From positions 186,001 through 250,000 of the forward strand of contig LVLI01000202.1 of NCBI GenBank assembly GCA_001687465.1: a DNA stretch of 64,000 nt, written 5' to 3'. The translations under genes and the position numbers were made by a program. The notes beneath the pieces are model-generated. The model had not been told where the DNA came from. It saw only the letters and a list, made by a program, of their open reading frames with translations, and made no database searches. Below are positions 34,778-47,777 of this stretch, one piece after another. Origin of the DNA: Halocafeteria seosinensis (taxonomy: Eukaryota). The first letter of the stretch is position 1; each line of letters begins with the position of its first letter.

Positions 34778-34928
34778 TTAAGCAACACTGTTGATGCTGA
34801 GAAAAAAATTCTGAACCGAGTTGCTAACATCTCTATTGAGGCACTCCAATGCAGAATTATCTTGGCGGCAGTGGAGGTTAGCCAGCGTAATGTTGTTAAC
34901 GAGTCTACAGAATGGACATCGGAATATC
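34778..34928 (+). repeat. Direct repeat copy B (diverged copy of WDR34 3' end)
   Basis: Encodes LSNTVDAEKKILNRVANISIE versus WDR34 LSNTFDAEKKILNRVANVSTE; offset 939 nt. Confidence 0.9.
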
Positions 34929-35473
34929 AAGATGAAAACGGCAGCCCTGCTGTGGACGCCAGGTTTGAATTACAATAGACTATTGGACTTAACATACATG
35001 TTATATTATCATGATTCAGTATGTTAGTTGGATTCGACCAGACCAAATAAGATTTGTTGCAATAAGAAGTTAAACAAAGTGGCTTCAGAGCGCGTGAAGT
35101 TCTGACGTTTCATTTTCTTATTTGTTCATCTTGTATTTTGACATGTCCTAAGTATATGTACATGTCCTGAAGATAGACCTAACACTCAGCTATTCCTTTT
35201 GGCTAGTGCAAACAAGGGAGAACAAGAAGGGGCACTGACTCCCTACCGATTCCACAGGGTTATGACCTACCCAATTGCACTATCTGGGATGTGATTCACA
35301 TAGACAGGGGTGGACTGGCACAGCGCTCCTGCCTACCCATGATCAATCATAGATCAATCATTGCATGATCTATTCAGCTCCCGCTAGCTCGCAATCCCGC
35401 GGACAGTGTGAACCACACCACACCATTTAGCGTACCGCAAAATTATCCTCACGGGTCGCCTTCATACCAATTG

Positions 35474-36472
35474 TCATGTCATTGCGGTCTTCATGCAGCC
35501 AGCAGTTTCACTAGGTAACGAGTCTGTTGAAGAACTACTATTGTCGGTGTTTGCTGTGCCATCAGAGCCGTATTCTTGTTCAGCTTCCTCCAGGAATTGC
35601 ACAACGTCATCAATGGAATCATCAGTTACCTGCTCACTTCGTGCTCGTTTCCTTTTCTTCTGTTTGGGAGGTTGCTCCGCCAGCGACGTCTCTTCTTCAG
35701 CTAACTCAACACTCTGACTGTCGGTATTATTGATTCGAGAGCCACTGAGAGTCGGTAACAAGAACTCAATAGTCAAATCACGTATTGATATATCATCGCT
35801 TCTTGATGAGTGGCACCTTTCTATTTCCTCCCTCTTGAGACCAAAAGACTCTGCAAATTGAAGAGCCTCCTCGTCTGTTTCGAGGATGGAAGACAGTTGA
35901 GCTTGGAGAATATTGCCATGTGTGCAAGCTTCGAAGTATCCTTCCGGGTACGGGTGAGCTTGTACCCACCGAACCTGTTCTAAATCATTTGCCCAATGAA
36001 TTTGCATTCTGCTTCGCTTTTTCCCGCTTCTCCCTTCTTTACGTTGGCGGGGCATGCTTTCTTCAAGATCTGTCTGGTTTCGTAAAATTCCTCTTTTTGC
36101 CGTAAAACGCTTTCTACCGTTTTGTGACGAGTTCATCCGAATAACTGTGGCAGACGACTCATTGTTCTCCATAGCAGCCGATCCATTTGCTTGATTCTCA
36201 TCATGGCCTCCTCGATCTTCACCAGTAGAGTCACTCCCATTACTCCCATTGGAGGCCGACGCATGCAGCGGAGCTGAGGTGGTGTTCGATTGAGCATTTT
36301 GGTCTTCTCCCTCCTCAGATGAATCATCATCACAGGAATACGGCACAAGTCCACCTGAATCACTCACAGAGGAGTCATCTTCAGCTTCATCCTCCCTATG
36401 ATTAGGAAACCCATCCGTAGAGGGGACGGTGTCAGGTCCTTTATTAGTTGGACTAGGCAAATGAGTAGACAT
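35474..36472 (-). CDS. Acidic low-complexity protein with a candidate PP1-docking motif
   Basis: 332-aa ORF from ATG 36472, just after a TTGCAG acceptor (putative 5'-UTR intron 36476-36683); KKRSRMQIHWANDLEQVRWV and NLS-like KKRKRAR. Confidence 0.7.
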   Translation of the reverse strand: MSTHLPSPTNKGPDTVPSTDGFPNHREDEAEDDSSVSDSGGLVPYSCDDDSSEEGEDQNAQSNTTSAPLHASASNGSNGSDSTGEDRGGHDENQANGSAAMENNESSATVIRMNSSQNGRKRFTAKRGILRNQTDLEESMPRQRKEGRSGKKRSRMQIHWANDLEQVRWVQAHPYPEGYFEACTHGNILQAQLSSILETDEEALQFAESFGLKREEIERCHSSRSDDISIRDLTIEFLLPTLSGSRINNTDSQSVELAEEETSLAEQPPKQKKRKRARSEQVTDDSIDDVVQFLEEAEQEYGSDGTANTDNSSSSTDSLPSETAGCMKTAMT

Positions 36473-37148
36473 CCTCTGCAATATCCAATTAGATAAACAC
36501 AAGATTAAGGTATACGAGTGATCGAAAATCACGTAGCATCGCCCTCTATGGCGAACAAGCAAGGGACAACAAATGAAGAAACCACAAACTTCGTGCTTGA
36601 CACACACCGCCTTATCCCCACCCATTCCTTCCAACATGTACAAGGTATGTTCAAAGAAGTGGATCAGATGAATCAAAACGTACCTAATCACGTAATCTCA
36701 TTCACGTTGCAAGTATGAGTGTGCCCTTTAAGATGGGACAAATGAGAGGAATTCTTGTGGTTCCTCAAAGCGCTTCGGGTGGTGTTCTTCAACCTGATGC
36801 TCCAAACAATACCCCAGCTTGTATTATAAACTATCGCCCATTTCTATACCACTCACTAGACGGTTGATTAATTCTTTCTAATATCAACACTAATGTGCTT
36901 ATCCACTGCATCCCACCCAGCGTATGATCCGCGTAATTTCTTGTTGTTCAATTCAACTCAAGTACAAGGAAAGAATGTCGTCTACACTGGTTGTCAAGGG
37001 CAACGGGGTACAAACGCGAAACGTGTACGCAGTATATATGACATATCGTAGTTCTTTATATTTGACAACAGGCGCTAGCCGTGTGTGGTAGACACAACAT
37101 TTGCGCGTAGACTTACAACAACTTGCATCGAAAAAATCCGCTCAAAGA

Positions 37149-38600
37149 ATGCAGGGGAAACTGCGGCGCCTCGGAAGATCTCCTTTATCCAGCAGTGAAT
37201 CTACCCGGGATAGATTCCTCAAAGCTGCATCTGAAGAATATCTTAATAATTCTAGAAGTCGCAAACCGGATTATGAGACGTCATCCACCTCAAGTGACGA
37301 GCTAGACCTCCACGACAGCAGCGTGAGGCCTATCTATTCGGTGAAATCGAGCTTGCATAATGGACTGGAGTCTGTACGAAAGAGAAATGACAGTGCATCT
37401 CCTACATACAACTACCCTAAGGCATCACGTGGGAGTCCTTCCCGCTCTCCAAAAAGTACACACTCCTTACCTTCCCCTTCATTTTCACTCAGTTCTAAAA
37501 CGCGGAGCCCGGAAAAAGAGCAAGCACAATGCACCAATGGCAGCGGTACTCGTGTTCGATTTTCGGAGAAATACCGTATACGAACACAGCAACTCATACG
37601 CTTGAGCAAGCTCCTGGAGGAGGTAACACAACAAAGGGATGAGGCCATAGAAGAAGTCAAGGAAATAAGACTAAACAATGAGCTGACATACAGTACCAGC
37701 TCACAATCTCGACGAGAAGTAGATGAATTACAGAAGAAACTTGAGAAAAGCAGAAAAGAGGTTGCGCGCCTGAATGAACTTGATCATAATCGTTCTGAAG
37801 AAATGCTTACACTGAAAGAAAAACTATCAAAATCGCAATCTCGAGAGCAAAAAATAGACCATGAATATCGTGAGCTGTTAAGTGCACACCAAGAGGAAAC
37901 AGATGCTTTGCGGAAAGAACTTGACGAGTTCAAAATTAAAGAATCGATATCTCAAGCGCGAATAAAAAATTCAGAGGGACAATTGCAAAGCATTCGAAGA
38001 AATTTTCAAGACAGTAGGTCTGCCAGCGACACATGGAGAGAACTCTACGATGAACAGAAGGAAATCATCCTTGATCAAGAGCAGCAAATAGCTGAATTGA
38101 AGGTGCAGAACGAAGAACATCTGCGACACGAGCACGCTGGTCAGTCTAGTGACCATGATAGTATTCGGGAGGCTGCGATCGAACTTTACGTGTGGGCTCA
38201 ACAGCTGCTGGCGTACTGCAACAATTTGAAAGAAGAAAATCATCGAATCCGCAAGCGCATTCAAAAAAAGCCGAAGTCGAACCTATCTGGGAGTAGTTCC
38301 CACCTACTGAGCAAGACAATGCCAACCACGTCTGAACGGACTTCTGTATACGAGCGCTCGCCCCCAGCTCACTACAGAAACTCCGTCAAAACTAGGGCTG
38401 AGTACCTCCAAGATTGGCATGGAGATATTCGAAGCATAGAACTGTCTCCTCCGTCAGATAAAGAGCATAAGAGTCCAACCGCAAATGTCCACTTAGACTC
38501 TATTGCCCGAACTTTAGGCCTCTCCCCAGGAACCAAAGGAGATACCAAGAGTAGCAGCGCAGCTAAGAGCCATACTGGTGGCCACTTCGATTTCCCTTAG
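37149..38600 (+). CDS. Hypothetical coiled-coil protein
   Basis: Single ORF from the first in-frame ATG; Ser/Pro-rich ends flank a roughly 230-aa E/K/L/Q-rich heptad region. Confidence 0.75.
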   Translation: MQGKLRRLGRSPLSSSESTRDRFLKAASEEYLNNSRSRKPDYETSSTSSDELDLHDSSVRPIYSVKSSLHNGLESVRKRNDSASPTYNYPKASRGSPSRSPKSTHSLPSPSFSLSSKTRSPEKEQAQCTNGSGTRVRFSEKYRIRTQQLIRLSKLLEEVTQQRDEAIEEVKEIRLNNELTYSTSSQSRREVDELQKKLEKSRKEVARLNELDHNRSEEMLTLKEKLSKSQSREQKIDHEYRELLSAHQEETDALRKELDEFKIKESISQARIKNSEGQLQSIRRNFQDSRSASDTWRELYDEQKEIILDQEQQIAELKVQNEEHLRHEHAGQSSDHDSIREAAIELYVWAQQLLAYCNNLKEENHRIRKRIQKKPKSNLSGSSSHLLSKTMPTTSERTSVYERSPPAHYRNSVKTRAEYLQDWHGDIRSIELSPPSDKEHKSPTANVHLDSIARTLGLSPGTKGDTKSSSAAKSHTGGHFDFP

Positions 38601-38943
38601 GCCGTTCCAAGCTAATAATAAACTGTTTTTCCATGGGTCATTCTGGTTCATTTAATTGTTTGTTTAATCGAGAAAAGGAAACCTCCACGAAGTGGTAAAG
38701 TGACAATGTATGATTGCATTCGGTTCCTCAGCAAAAGTTGAAGTGGCAACGTTCTACAACAACTTCACATAACGCTGCACGAGCGTCTTGACAAAACCTG
38801 AAATCGTATACTGTGTTAAGCAAAATAGGCAGGGTTTTTTTAAGGTTTTGCAATTTACTTTGGCTCCTGTGCTAAGGAGTCTTCTCCTGACAAAACTCAG
38901 GAACGCGGAGCAACTTAACGGCTTTTTACGCAGTCTAGACATC

Positions 38944-40392
38944 ATGAATCACCACCTAGAACTTCGAACATCCCAAGTCTCAAAGGTCATGGACGACCTC
39001 ACTGAGGGTCTTAATTTTATTCATAAGCTGCCTAGCGTTCCTCGTCGACCGCTACTCTCTAGGTTGCACCAAATCGGAGAAGGGGCACTTGCTGTGGCCA
39101 TTGAGAAGATGTGGTTCTTGGAGTCGTTATTAGGTAGCTCTCAAAGTTGTACATCCGAACAACGGGAAGAGCACAAAAATCATTGCTTTACCGTAGTTAA
39201 GCGTTGTAGACAAGAACCAGCGGTAGCCCAGCTCCTGGATCGCCCCTCTTCCAGAAGAATGTCAGCCAGGTCCGAAGGCCAACGGGACAACACAGACAGC
39301 CGTTCAGCTGCATCAGGAAATGGAGAAACTCGGAGCGTCGCTGGGTTGTCGAAAGCAAGCGCGGATGACAGTAGTAGCTTACATTCCGATGACTACGACT
39401 CGGCAAGTACTACAGACTCTGACGACGAAGATGGTAGACTTCGTGACGCCCTCCGTAAACCGAAAAAGCCTGCTGCTCCATTGAACCCCAAAGAGTTAAT
39501 TTCATATTTGGAACAGCTACATAAAATTATAACGGCACAGATGCTGCTTCCGAAAGAAGAACTAAAGAACGTTGAAATCAGCCTAAAACGTAAGGAACAA
39601 TTCGTTGAGAAGACGAAGAAGCAGGCAATTCTCGCCAAACAAGAGTTGCATCGACAGCGGCAGGATAGACGACAAGAACTAACAGCCGAAACTGATGCCC
39701 TCAACCGCTTACTTGAAGATGTTCATACAGTTCAATCTGGGCATGCAAAGTTGATGAGCTACTTAAAAATGTCTGCAGAAGATACTGAAAATGCTGAAGA
39801 GCAAGATCATCTCGATTCGACTGAGTTCCTGAAAAAAGAGATAGCGCGCGTCAAGCAGCAGCAACGGACACAGCAAGCAGAACAAGAATCTGAAATCGCC
39901 CAACTAAGAAGAAAGAATAAACGTCTTACCACAGAATTAAGTGAAGTAATCGCTGAGACTGACCAAGAGATGATTGAGTTGAGGCGGAAAATCAACGCTT
40001 CCATAGAGATAAACCGTGTGGAAAAGATACAGAAGGAAAAACTCCGTGCATATTTGGATTTGGTAAGTATTAGGAAAACATTAGGTATATTGAGGCACAA
40101 ATAATCCATATCATTTCCTTCTCATTCCAGATGGATGGTGAGCGTGGTGTCGCTCGAAAAGAGGCTGAACAGTTTGACGGGAAGAGAAAAGAGTACTTCG
40201 TATTACGGATGGCCGTAAGTCTACATCGGCGAATGATATTAAAAGATAAAATCTGAAACTGCTTTGTCCATACAGAAACAAAGAGTAGCTGTGAGAAAGA
40301 TCCAAAAAGCTTACAGGGCTTGGCAAAAGGAGAAAAAACAACAACTAGCGTTTGAGCGGAAGATGGCGAAGAAGCGGAACAAAAAGGGATAG
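38944..40392 (+). CDS. Coiled-coil protein with C-terminal IQ motif (DRC9/IQCG- or DRC10/IQCD-like); start uncertain
   Basis: Introns 40063-40130 and 40215-40275 extend the ORF to AVRKIQKAYRAWQKEKKQQLAFERKMAKKRNKKG*; coiled coil + IQ + basic tail is the layout of these dynein regulatory complex subunits. Confidence 0.65.
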
Positions 40393-40458
40393 TGTAGGTG
40401 AGACGCAGCATAGGAAACGTAATATCAACTGACATGAAGGAAACGCGTTTTGTAAGAT

Positions 40459-43400
40459 CTAAACTTTGTCATGATGCTCATCGTAAGAGCCCCTTCCAAT
40501 AAGCACCACCTCAAATCCCTCTCCTTTATCCACAGTAAAACGGAAACGACACCTGTACGAAACATTTGCTTTTCCTTGAAATGTAACCTTGACGCTCTCT
40601 GGTGGGTGTTGCGCGTTACGAAGTTCAGCAAGAGAGGCAGTTTCAGGAGGTGGTGTCGGTCCCTCGACTTGACCAGTAGACTTTTCGAAATGGAAGACCT
40701 CCGGGATATCTTCGAACTGTTCCCCCTCCTCAGCGAATTTCTGCTCTTCCAGGAGTTCTCGGACATTTTCATCAGCACCACCCAAAGAAGACATATCCAC
40801 ATCAACGCGGGCACGCGGCTTCGGCCATGGGATATGCTTCACTTCCCAATTCGCAGGGACTACGGTTGGGTTTAGGACGAACAGTGTAGCCTCCTCGTAA
40901 CTGTCCTTATGTATGGTACCAAAATCATAAAAGGCTGGCTGAACAGCCACAAGAGGACGAAGCAGTTCAGCTCGAACAAGTATTTTTTGAGTGGTTCCAT
41001 TAAGAAAATGTACACGGAGAGCTCCAAATGCTCCAGACTTCAAACTTTGATTCTCGGACGACAACACCTGACTCTCACTCAACATAGTGCTGTCTTCGCC
41101 GGCGGCAGCAGTGGCATCTCCAGGGAGAGTTCTGGAGAAATTTGCAGCAGCAGTAGCAACTTCGTCGTCATCCAGCATTTGCCGCGTTCCACGTCGAGGA
41201 GGAATGAAGGAAACGTCAGCAATAATGGCTGCTTGTGGAGGTAATGTTATTTGCTGAGACATTTCAGTTCGCGTTTCTCTGAAACCACTGTCAATGTCTC
41301 TGTTAACGATTGTTCGGAAATTGCCTTGAAGACCTTCTTTGCGTCTCGACTGTTGAGCAGTGACAGTGCGGAGCATGGTGTCTGCCGCTTTAGCCATGAC
41401 TCTAGACTTTATATTAGATGTATTTGCAGAGCCTCTAGCATTTGTTTGTACCTTCCGCAGCACGAATGGGCCCACTGTGTCCAGGGAAAATGTTAGAGGG
41501 CTCGGGAAAGAATTGCTAAGCGTGATCTGACGAGTATATGATTCATGTTTTACAGAATGTGTAATCCAGCCGCCGATCTTGACACAGGGATAGCCTCCCA
41601 CGTTAGGGATCTTGTCAACGGATAACTCTGGCTTTTCAGGAGTGACTCTAAGACGAATGCCCGTAGAAGATCTCTCAATGCAATTGCGAAGAGTATGCGA
41701 TTGCACGAATCCTTCTTCTGCGTTTGCAGCTTCATCCTCGTATTCCCCGTCCTCGGTCAGCTCACCCTCAAATGAGGAGGATAAAAGAGTATCCACTGCT
41801 GTCTGGGAGGGCTTTTGGCCCGCAGCAGTCCAAAGGCAATCTGCCCGAAATACACACCTCCGCGGCTTTTCATGCTTCCAACCCAAAGCTTCTTCAATTT
41901 TCGCCTCTGATTCCGTAGGTAAGCGTGGAATTGCTGACACTGCGAAGGTTGCCGAGCTCCCGGATTCGATGACACAGTCTTGAGGTTTAACAGTAAATGG
42001 AGGTTCATAAGAGAGCCGGGTTGTATCGTAGGGACAAATTTTTGTGTTGATCAACTGCTCCGACGAGTCCTCAGTAGCCTCCAAAGTCAAACTGACTAGG
42101 GGAATCTCACCTGGCAGGTCATGCTCAGTCCTCCAGTATATGTAAGCGTCCATTGGGGAAGTGTTCCTAAGGGTCATATTCTTCATCATCTCGTCTTCAG
42201 GATTGGCCGGTACTGTACCAAAATCTAACATTGAAAGCGCCCTTGGATCTTCCTTGGGATCTAAACGTCCCGATTTGTCTTCCGGTTTTAGATAACCAGC
42301 CATATTTGTATCAAATTTCAACGGCTGGCCTGAGATTACAACAGACAACGGGAGCTCTACTTTGTCCGCCCCATCCATATAGATTTGCAACAAGTCGTTG
42401 TACTCACCAGGCATGTCGGCTACACAGGAGATGAATACATCAGCGGTCCCATAAGCCGGCAAATGTGCTGCTGGCGGAGAAACTCGAAATGCTACTCCGT
42501 TATGAAGGGACAACTCTTCCCGCATGACGCTAAGTTCGTCTCTACGAGAAAGCTCTTCTTGTCCGCTTTCACTTTGCAGTCGCATTGCATACTCGTAGGG
42601 ACCTTTCGACAACAGCTGAGCCGCCAAATTTTGCTTAGCTTCTTTCTTGGCAGTTGCAGACCTCTTAGTCGATCCCGTGGTGGACCTTCTTCCGGACTTA
42701 GCAGGAGAGTCTGGCATAGCAGATGATCTTGAAGACTGTCGAGACTGAAATTTCTTCATATCAACTTGGGATTTTAAGGATGGGTCAACTTCTTTCCTAG
42801 AGACCTTGAGGCGCTTCCTTGCAAACTCGTTGTTTGTGGCCACGGTCTTAGAGATTTCCCCCTCCCAAGCGGGAAATTTAGCCACTTGTGTTCTAAAGTC
42901 TGTTGGAATGCCGCTCAAATTAAATATGCGAACACAAAGAGTCTTCCGCCGTAGGAGTGAAAGGTTGTCACCGAAATGAAGACGCGGTATTTTCCCTACG
43001 TATGCGCCAACTTTTTCAGCTTCACTGCTTATTGTAGTGAGCTGATGAACAACTGGGTCCTCAGCTTGAGCAGTGTCAATTTCGTTTAGAGCACGTTTGA
43101 AGTGCATGTGTTGCTCGTACTGCTCCATGGCGTCGATACTCACGTATGATCCCGTGTCCAAGTCTCGTACCGCGTATGACACAGTCAGAGCAAGGACGTT
43201 GGCTTTCAAATTGATTGGTAGAGGATAGCCGAGCCCTTGTACGTCACAGCCAAAGAACGCATTGATAGGCCCAGTAACTAAAGGAGTAATCCGACACTTT
43301 ATATGCTTCATTTCCAATTCGGCGAGGGAGTCCTCCTGGGGGCTAAACTCCACTCGATATCGCAACTGCAGTGCCTGAGTAAGCATTCCACGCAATTGAT

Positions 43401-46400
43401 TCACTAGCAGCGAGATTAGTGAGGGCGTCTTTTTCTTTTCGCTTTGAATCGACAATTCAGAGTACTCAGATTCCGTAAACTCGAACTCAACCTCTGAACT
43501 ATGTTGTTTCTTAAACTCGGCTTTTAGATCTTCTTGCTCATTGACCGGGCCACCTTCGTCAGCTACACACGGGGGCAGGCCAACAAATCCATCTACAGTA
43601 AAGGTTGTGGTTAAGTTAGACATATTTCTTAGTCGGATAACTCTTTCGACAGATTGGCCCACGAAGGTAGTTCCAAGAGATATTGAATCATCTTCCAGCT
43701 TCACGCTAGGGGTTTGAAGCTCACCTCTGAGTTTGACATAAACGTGATTAAATGGAGTCCCGGCGGCGTCCAGGACACAACAATTAAGGTAACCCCGTAG
43801 CTGTGTTGGTACCGGACCGGCCGTGCACTTCACCGTCATCGATCGCTGTTCGTAAGGGTCCAAGACTCCCCTTTCATCATTGCCAAAATCAAAAAGAGCA
43901 GCATCTCGTTCCTCTCGCGAGGATTCTGTGGTTTCCTTATGCACTTGGGTAAGACCGCAAGACGTCCAGCAGAAGCAGGCTGGTACACTTGACATATTCT
44001 TGATTGTTACAGATCTTTCTGCCGAGCCTCCTACACGTAGTAGGCCGAAATCAACTTCCGGCTGGACGATAGCGATCTCAGGTGGGGCCACAGCGAAGCT
44101 CGCTGTGACCTCCTTTTCATCAAATGGTTGTATGTGCTCCACGAGCAGACTGCCTTTAACGCTTTCCAATTTCTCTGCTTCAATTGTATTCACATCTATC
44201 TTAGACCGTAGATCGGCAGCAAGATAGAACAAGAATTTCATACGTAGGACGTAACAGCCAAACGCCTCCGGTGCTGCTGCTTGTACTGTCATGTCTTCAT
44301 AACCATCTGCAGGCACAGTAAACTGCAATGAGGAAAGCTGAATATAGCTTTCGGGATCAGCGACGGGAATCCATTTTTCTGTTGGAAAGGACTCTGTCAA
44401 AGCTGATACAGGCTCCAGGGTTGATGCGAGAGAGACAGGCATATTCCCGTTCACTGCCTTCCGATACATTGACCGTGAGATTGCAAACACGTACACATCT
44501 GCTTCTCCATTATTGCAGAATCGAGTCGACCATCGGCGCTGTTGCGAAGGTAATAGTGGAGCATCAGGAGGCAGCACGTTGGTGGACAAGTGGACTTCTG
44601 GTGCTCGAACGCAACTCGTGAGGTCTATAGTTTCACAATAGATATTCTTCTTCTGCACTTCATCCGCGTGTTTCTCGCCGACCGGGACACCACGCGCAAC
44701 GAAGCAGGCGGTTCCCCGATGTTGTCCCATAAAAAGTGCATCAAAGTCCACGTAAAACTCTTTTCGGGAATGCGGAGGCAACGTTCCAAGATTGTCGCTG
44801 CGGATGCAAAAACAAGATGGGTTCTCCAAACTATAGGCTTCTATTTCCTCCGAAGCGTTGGTGTTGCGACGGCCTTTTAACTGGAGCTCCACTTCTTTCT
44901 CTATTAGTTGCTCCAGCATATACGAATAGGTCAAGTATTTTACAATATTCTTCATTTTCTTCCCTGAGACAGTGTAAAGAAGTTTCCATTCTAAATCACT
45001 TTGGGGATTCAATGAATCGGAAGGAATAGGAACAAATACCCCCACCTGCAGCTTCCGTTTCACACGCTCTGCTTGACCAGTGGTCGTGGAAACAACAGTG
45101 CTACCCAGTTGAACTGACGACTGGGATTCGATGAGCTGAGAGCTCGAGCCCTTAGACGTGCTGCTATCCTGCTCAAGTATTTTAACAACTGGACGCGCTG
45201 GCAGGCATGGGACTACCACAAAACTGTAGTTAACGGGCACGTCCGAACTGTTTTCGAACTCTATTCGCTTCTCTACCTTTTGGCCGATCGTGGGACATCC
45301 GAAATGTAGACTCATGGGTTCAGTTGTTTCCTTTCTGGACCTAGCCGTTCCAGGTCGCAACAGCGAGAAGGGAGTTGGAAGATGACCTATGCTGTTCAGT
45401 ATTTTAGTTGTTAAAGGGGAGTTGCTTTCCCGCCAAGTCAGGGACGTGGAGTCTAAAAGAGCCTTAACAGCATTCGTCTGTCCGATTGACATTGAACGAA
45501 GGGATTGAAGCGCTTCTCTTTCTTTCTTGCACTTGTCTGGGTCATAGTTCGGGTGGCGAAGAGGGCAGTTATTCACTGAGGTTACACCAACATTTAACGT
45601 TGAGCACCTGGCGATCACAGTGTGAACACTACTGTGGCCATTGTCACAGAGGGCAAGAAACGTTTTTACAAAATGTCCACACTCAGCAGGTCGAAATGTC
45701 AGGTGCAATCTAAGCGAGGCACCAGCATCCAAATGAAATTTCGCGGGAGCCAAATAAAAACAGTCGAGAGTCAGCGAACCTTCTTGATCGATACTGTTAT
45801 AGTCCCCAATCTCAAGAGAATGTGCTATTGTCTGAATTTGGTCATTTTCTTCTTCTTCATCCGCCAATACCCACGTTCCAGCACCTTCGCCGAGGTTTTG
45901 GATATCAAGTGTCATCTCGACTTTATCGTTGAGCATGCACGAACCACAACTAATTTCGAGCGGAAGCGATAGTTCTGGTTGCGTACGCTTGGCATGCAGT
46001 GGCAGTGAAAATTTCCCAATTTCTGTCAGAATGATTATCTCATCAATGTAATCAGCCAAAGAATCTGGTCTGAAATATACCACGATTGACACGGTAATGC
46101 CAGGAGCCAAGGCTCCAGAGTTTTGTTTCACATTGCTGGACCTAGAAAACTCCATAGTAAAGTACTTGGTACTCGGGGGTAAGAAACGAATACTGCGGGA
46201 AACACTATCTGCATTGGTCGCTGTAATCGTCAGGCTGTAAGTGCCTCCCACCACGTAGTCTCGAAACCAAGCTTCCGGAGGGCTAACGACGAAACTCCCT
46301 GCACCGCCTGTTTCGTCGTCCACACGTTTCACAGGCTTTACATTGCGTATGATTCTATTTTGTTCAATTTGCACCCCAGAAGAATCCAGTTCCAGGCCCT

Positions 46401-47777
46401 CTATCTGGGAATCTCGTTGGCGTGTCTTATCTAGTTCTTGGGAAATCTGCATAACTTCGGTGTCTACGTGATCCTCGTCGCCCTTCCTGAGCCGCCACTG
46501 ATGAGCTGATCGCGCAAACCGGGGATTCCTTAAGTAGTTCAGTTTATGGCTCATTCGTTTGGCAACTTCCTTCTCCTTTAACTCCTGATCAATTCCCAGT
46601 TGTGGTTTCCGCTGATACGAGCTCTCCTTCTGTGAAGACTGCTGCTCTTCCGCCAGCTCTTCCGTATGTGTAAACTCCCTCTTCGGGACTCCTAGATCCG
46701 TAGCCAGTTCTTCGTCAAACCCTGGATCTTCATCCTTTAATCCCAAGTCATCTTTATCTTTTTCGGCTCTGAGAATCTCCTTCTTGGAGCTTCGTAAGCT
46801 GGATTTGGAAGCGTGTATTGTACTATCGCGACCCAAACCACCTAGCGTCTTCTTGCTTCGTTCCCGTGTTGCCTCGAATCTCTTACTATTGGCAAACGTA
46901 TCTTGGAAGTAATGTGGTTCTCCCTCCGACCGTTTGAACTGCGGGGGCCGGCTCCCTACTTTCAGATTGCCGGTGCGAATAAGCTGCTCACGCTCATGTT
47001 CATTTACGAGATCGCGTGCAACCAGAAGGTTCTCCCTCAGCTCAGGAAATCGCTCCCTTAACTTCTCTGTGGTCACAGCCTGTCCCAGGGTACTTTCTTG
47101 TATGGGAACCTCATTATTTTGCAAGAGACCTTGTTTTCTCAATTCGATGTACTCCTTTATGTCATCGTTCCGGGCTTTCTCCTTCTCTTCGCCTAGGAAC
47201 GCAACAATTTGGTCAGCCGTCAAGTCGAACCTTGATACTTGCTGTTCTATCTGTATCAACTTCGATCATACGTAGACGCAGTGAAACAGTTAATTCATTC
47301 GCTTCCTAATTGGTTTCCCGTCGGTAGTCTTACCTCTTCAATCTGTTGTCGCGTAGACTCATCTGACGTACTTCCTCCTTGCTCAGTTTCTGCATCAGCA
47401 TCAACCACGCCGAATTCAGTGTCTGCGAAATACTAGCTCAACAGATAGGCCACACGCGAAACCTTACCAGGAGAATAGTCAGCATGTTTCGCCTCTTGGT
47501 GCTGCTTCCCGAAGAGGGTATTTTCAAGAATATATCCAGTTTCGCCAACGTTGAGGTGTACCTCTTCCTCGCCTTTCTTCTCCTCTCCCTGGGCATTCCC
47601 TTCCTCACCGCTTCCGCTGGGAGCTCCTGCTTCACCTTCCGCATTGCTTGTATCCCTATTTTCAGCATTACTTTCTTGATGTATGGTATATGGGCTCTCA
47701 TCCTGGGTTCCTCCACTCGCCACAGTCTCCTCAGCCGAAGGCCGAGAGCTGCCTTTCTTTCTCCGAGCACTGCTCAT
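40459..47777 (-). CDS. DLEC1: DLEC1/CFAP81-like ciliary protein with multiple ASH/Hydin-type Ig-like domains
   Basis: Two short 5' exons then a 6.8-kb exon; KLNYLRNPRF, SRSIRFLPPSTKYF, LAPGITV...FRPDSLADYID, DMPGEYNDLL and the terminal GRGSYDE. Confidence 0.85.
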
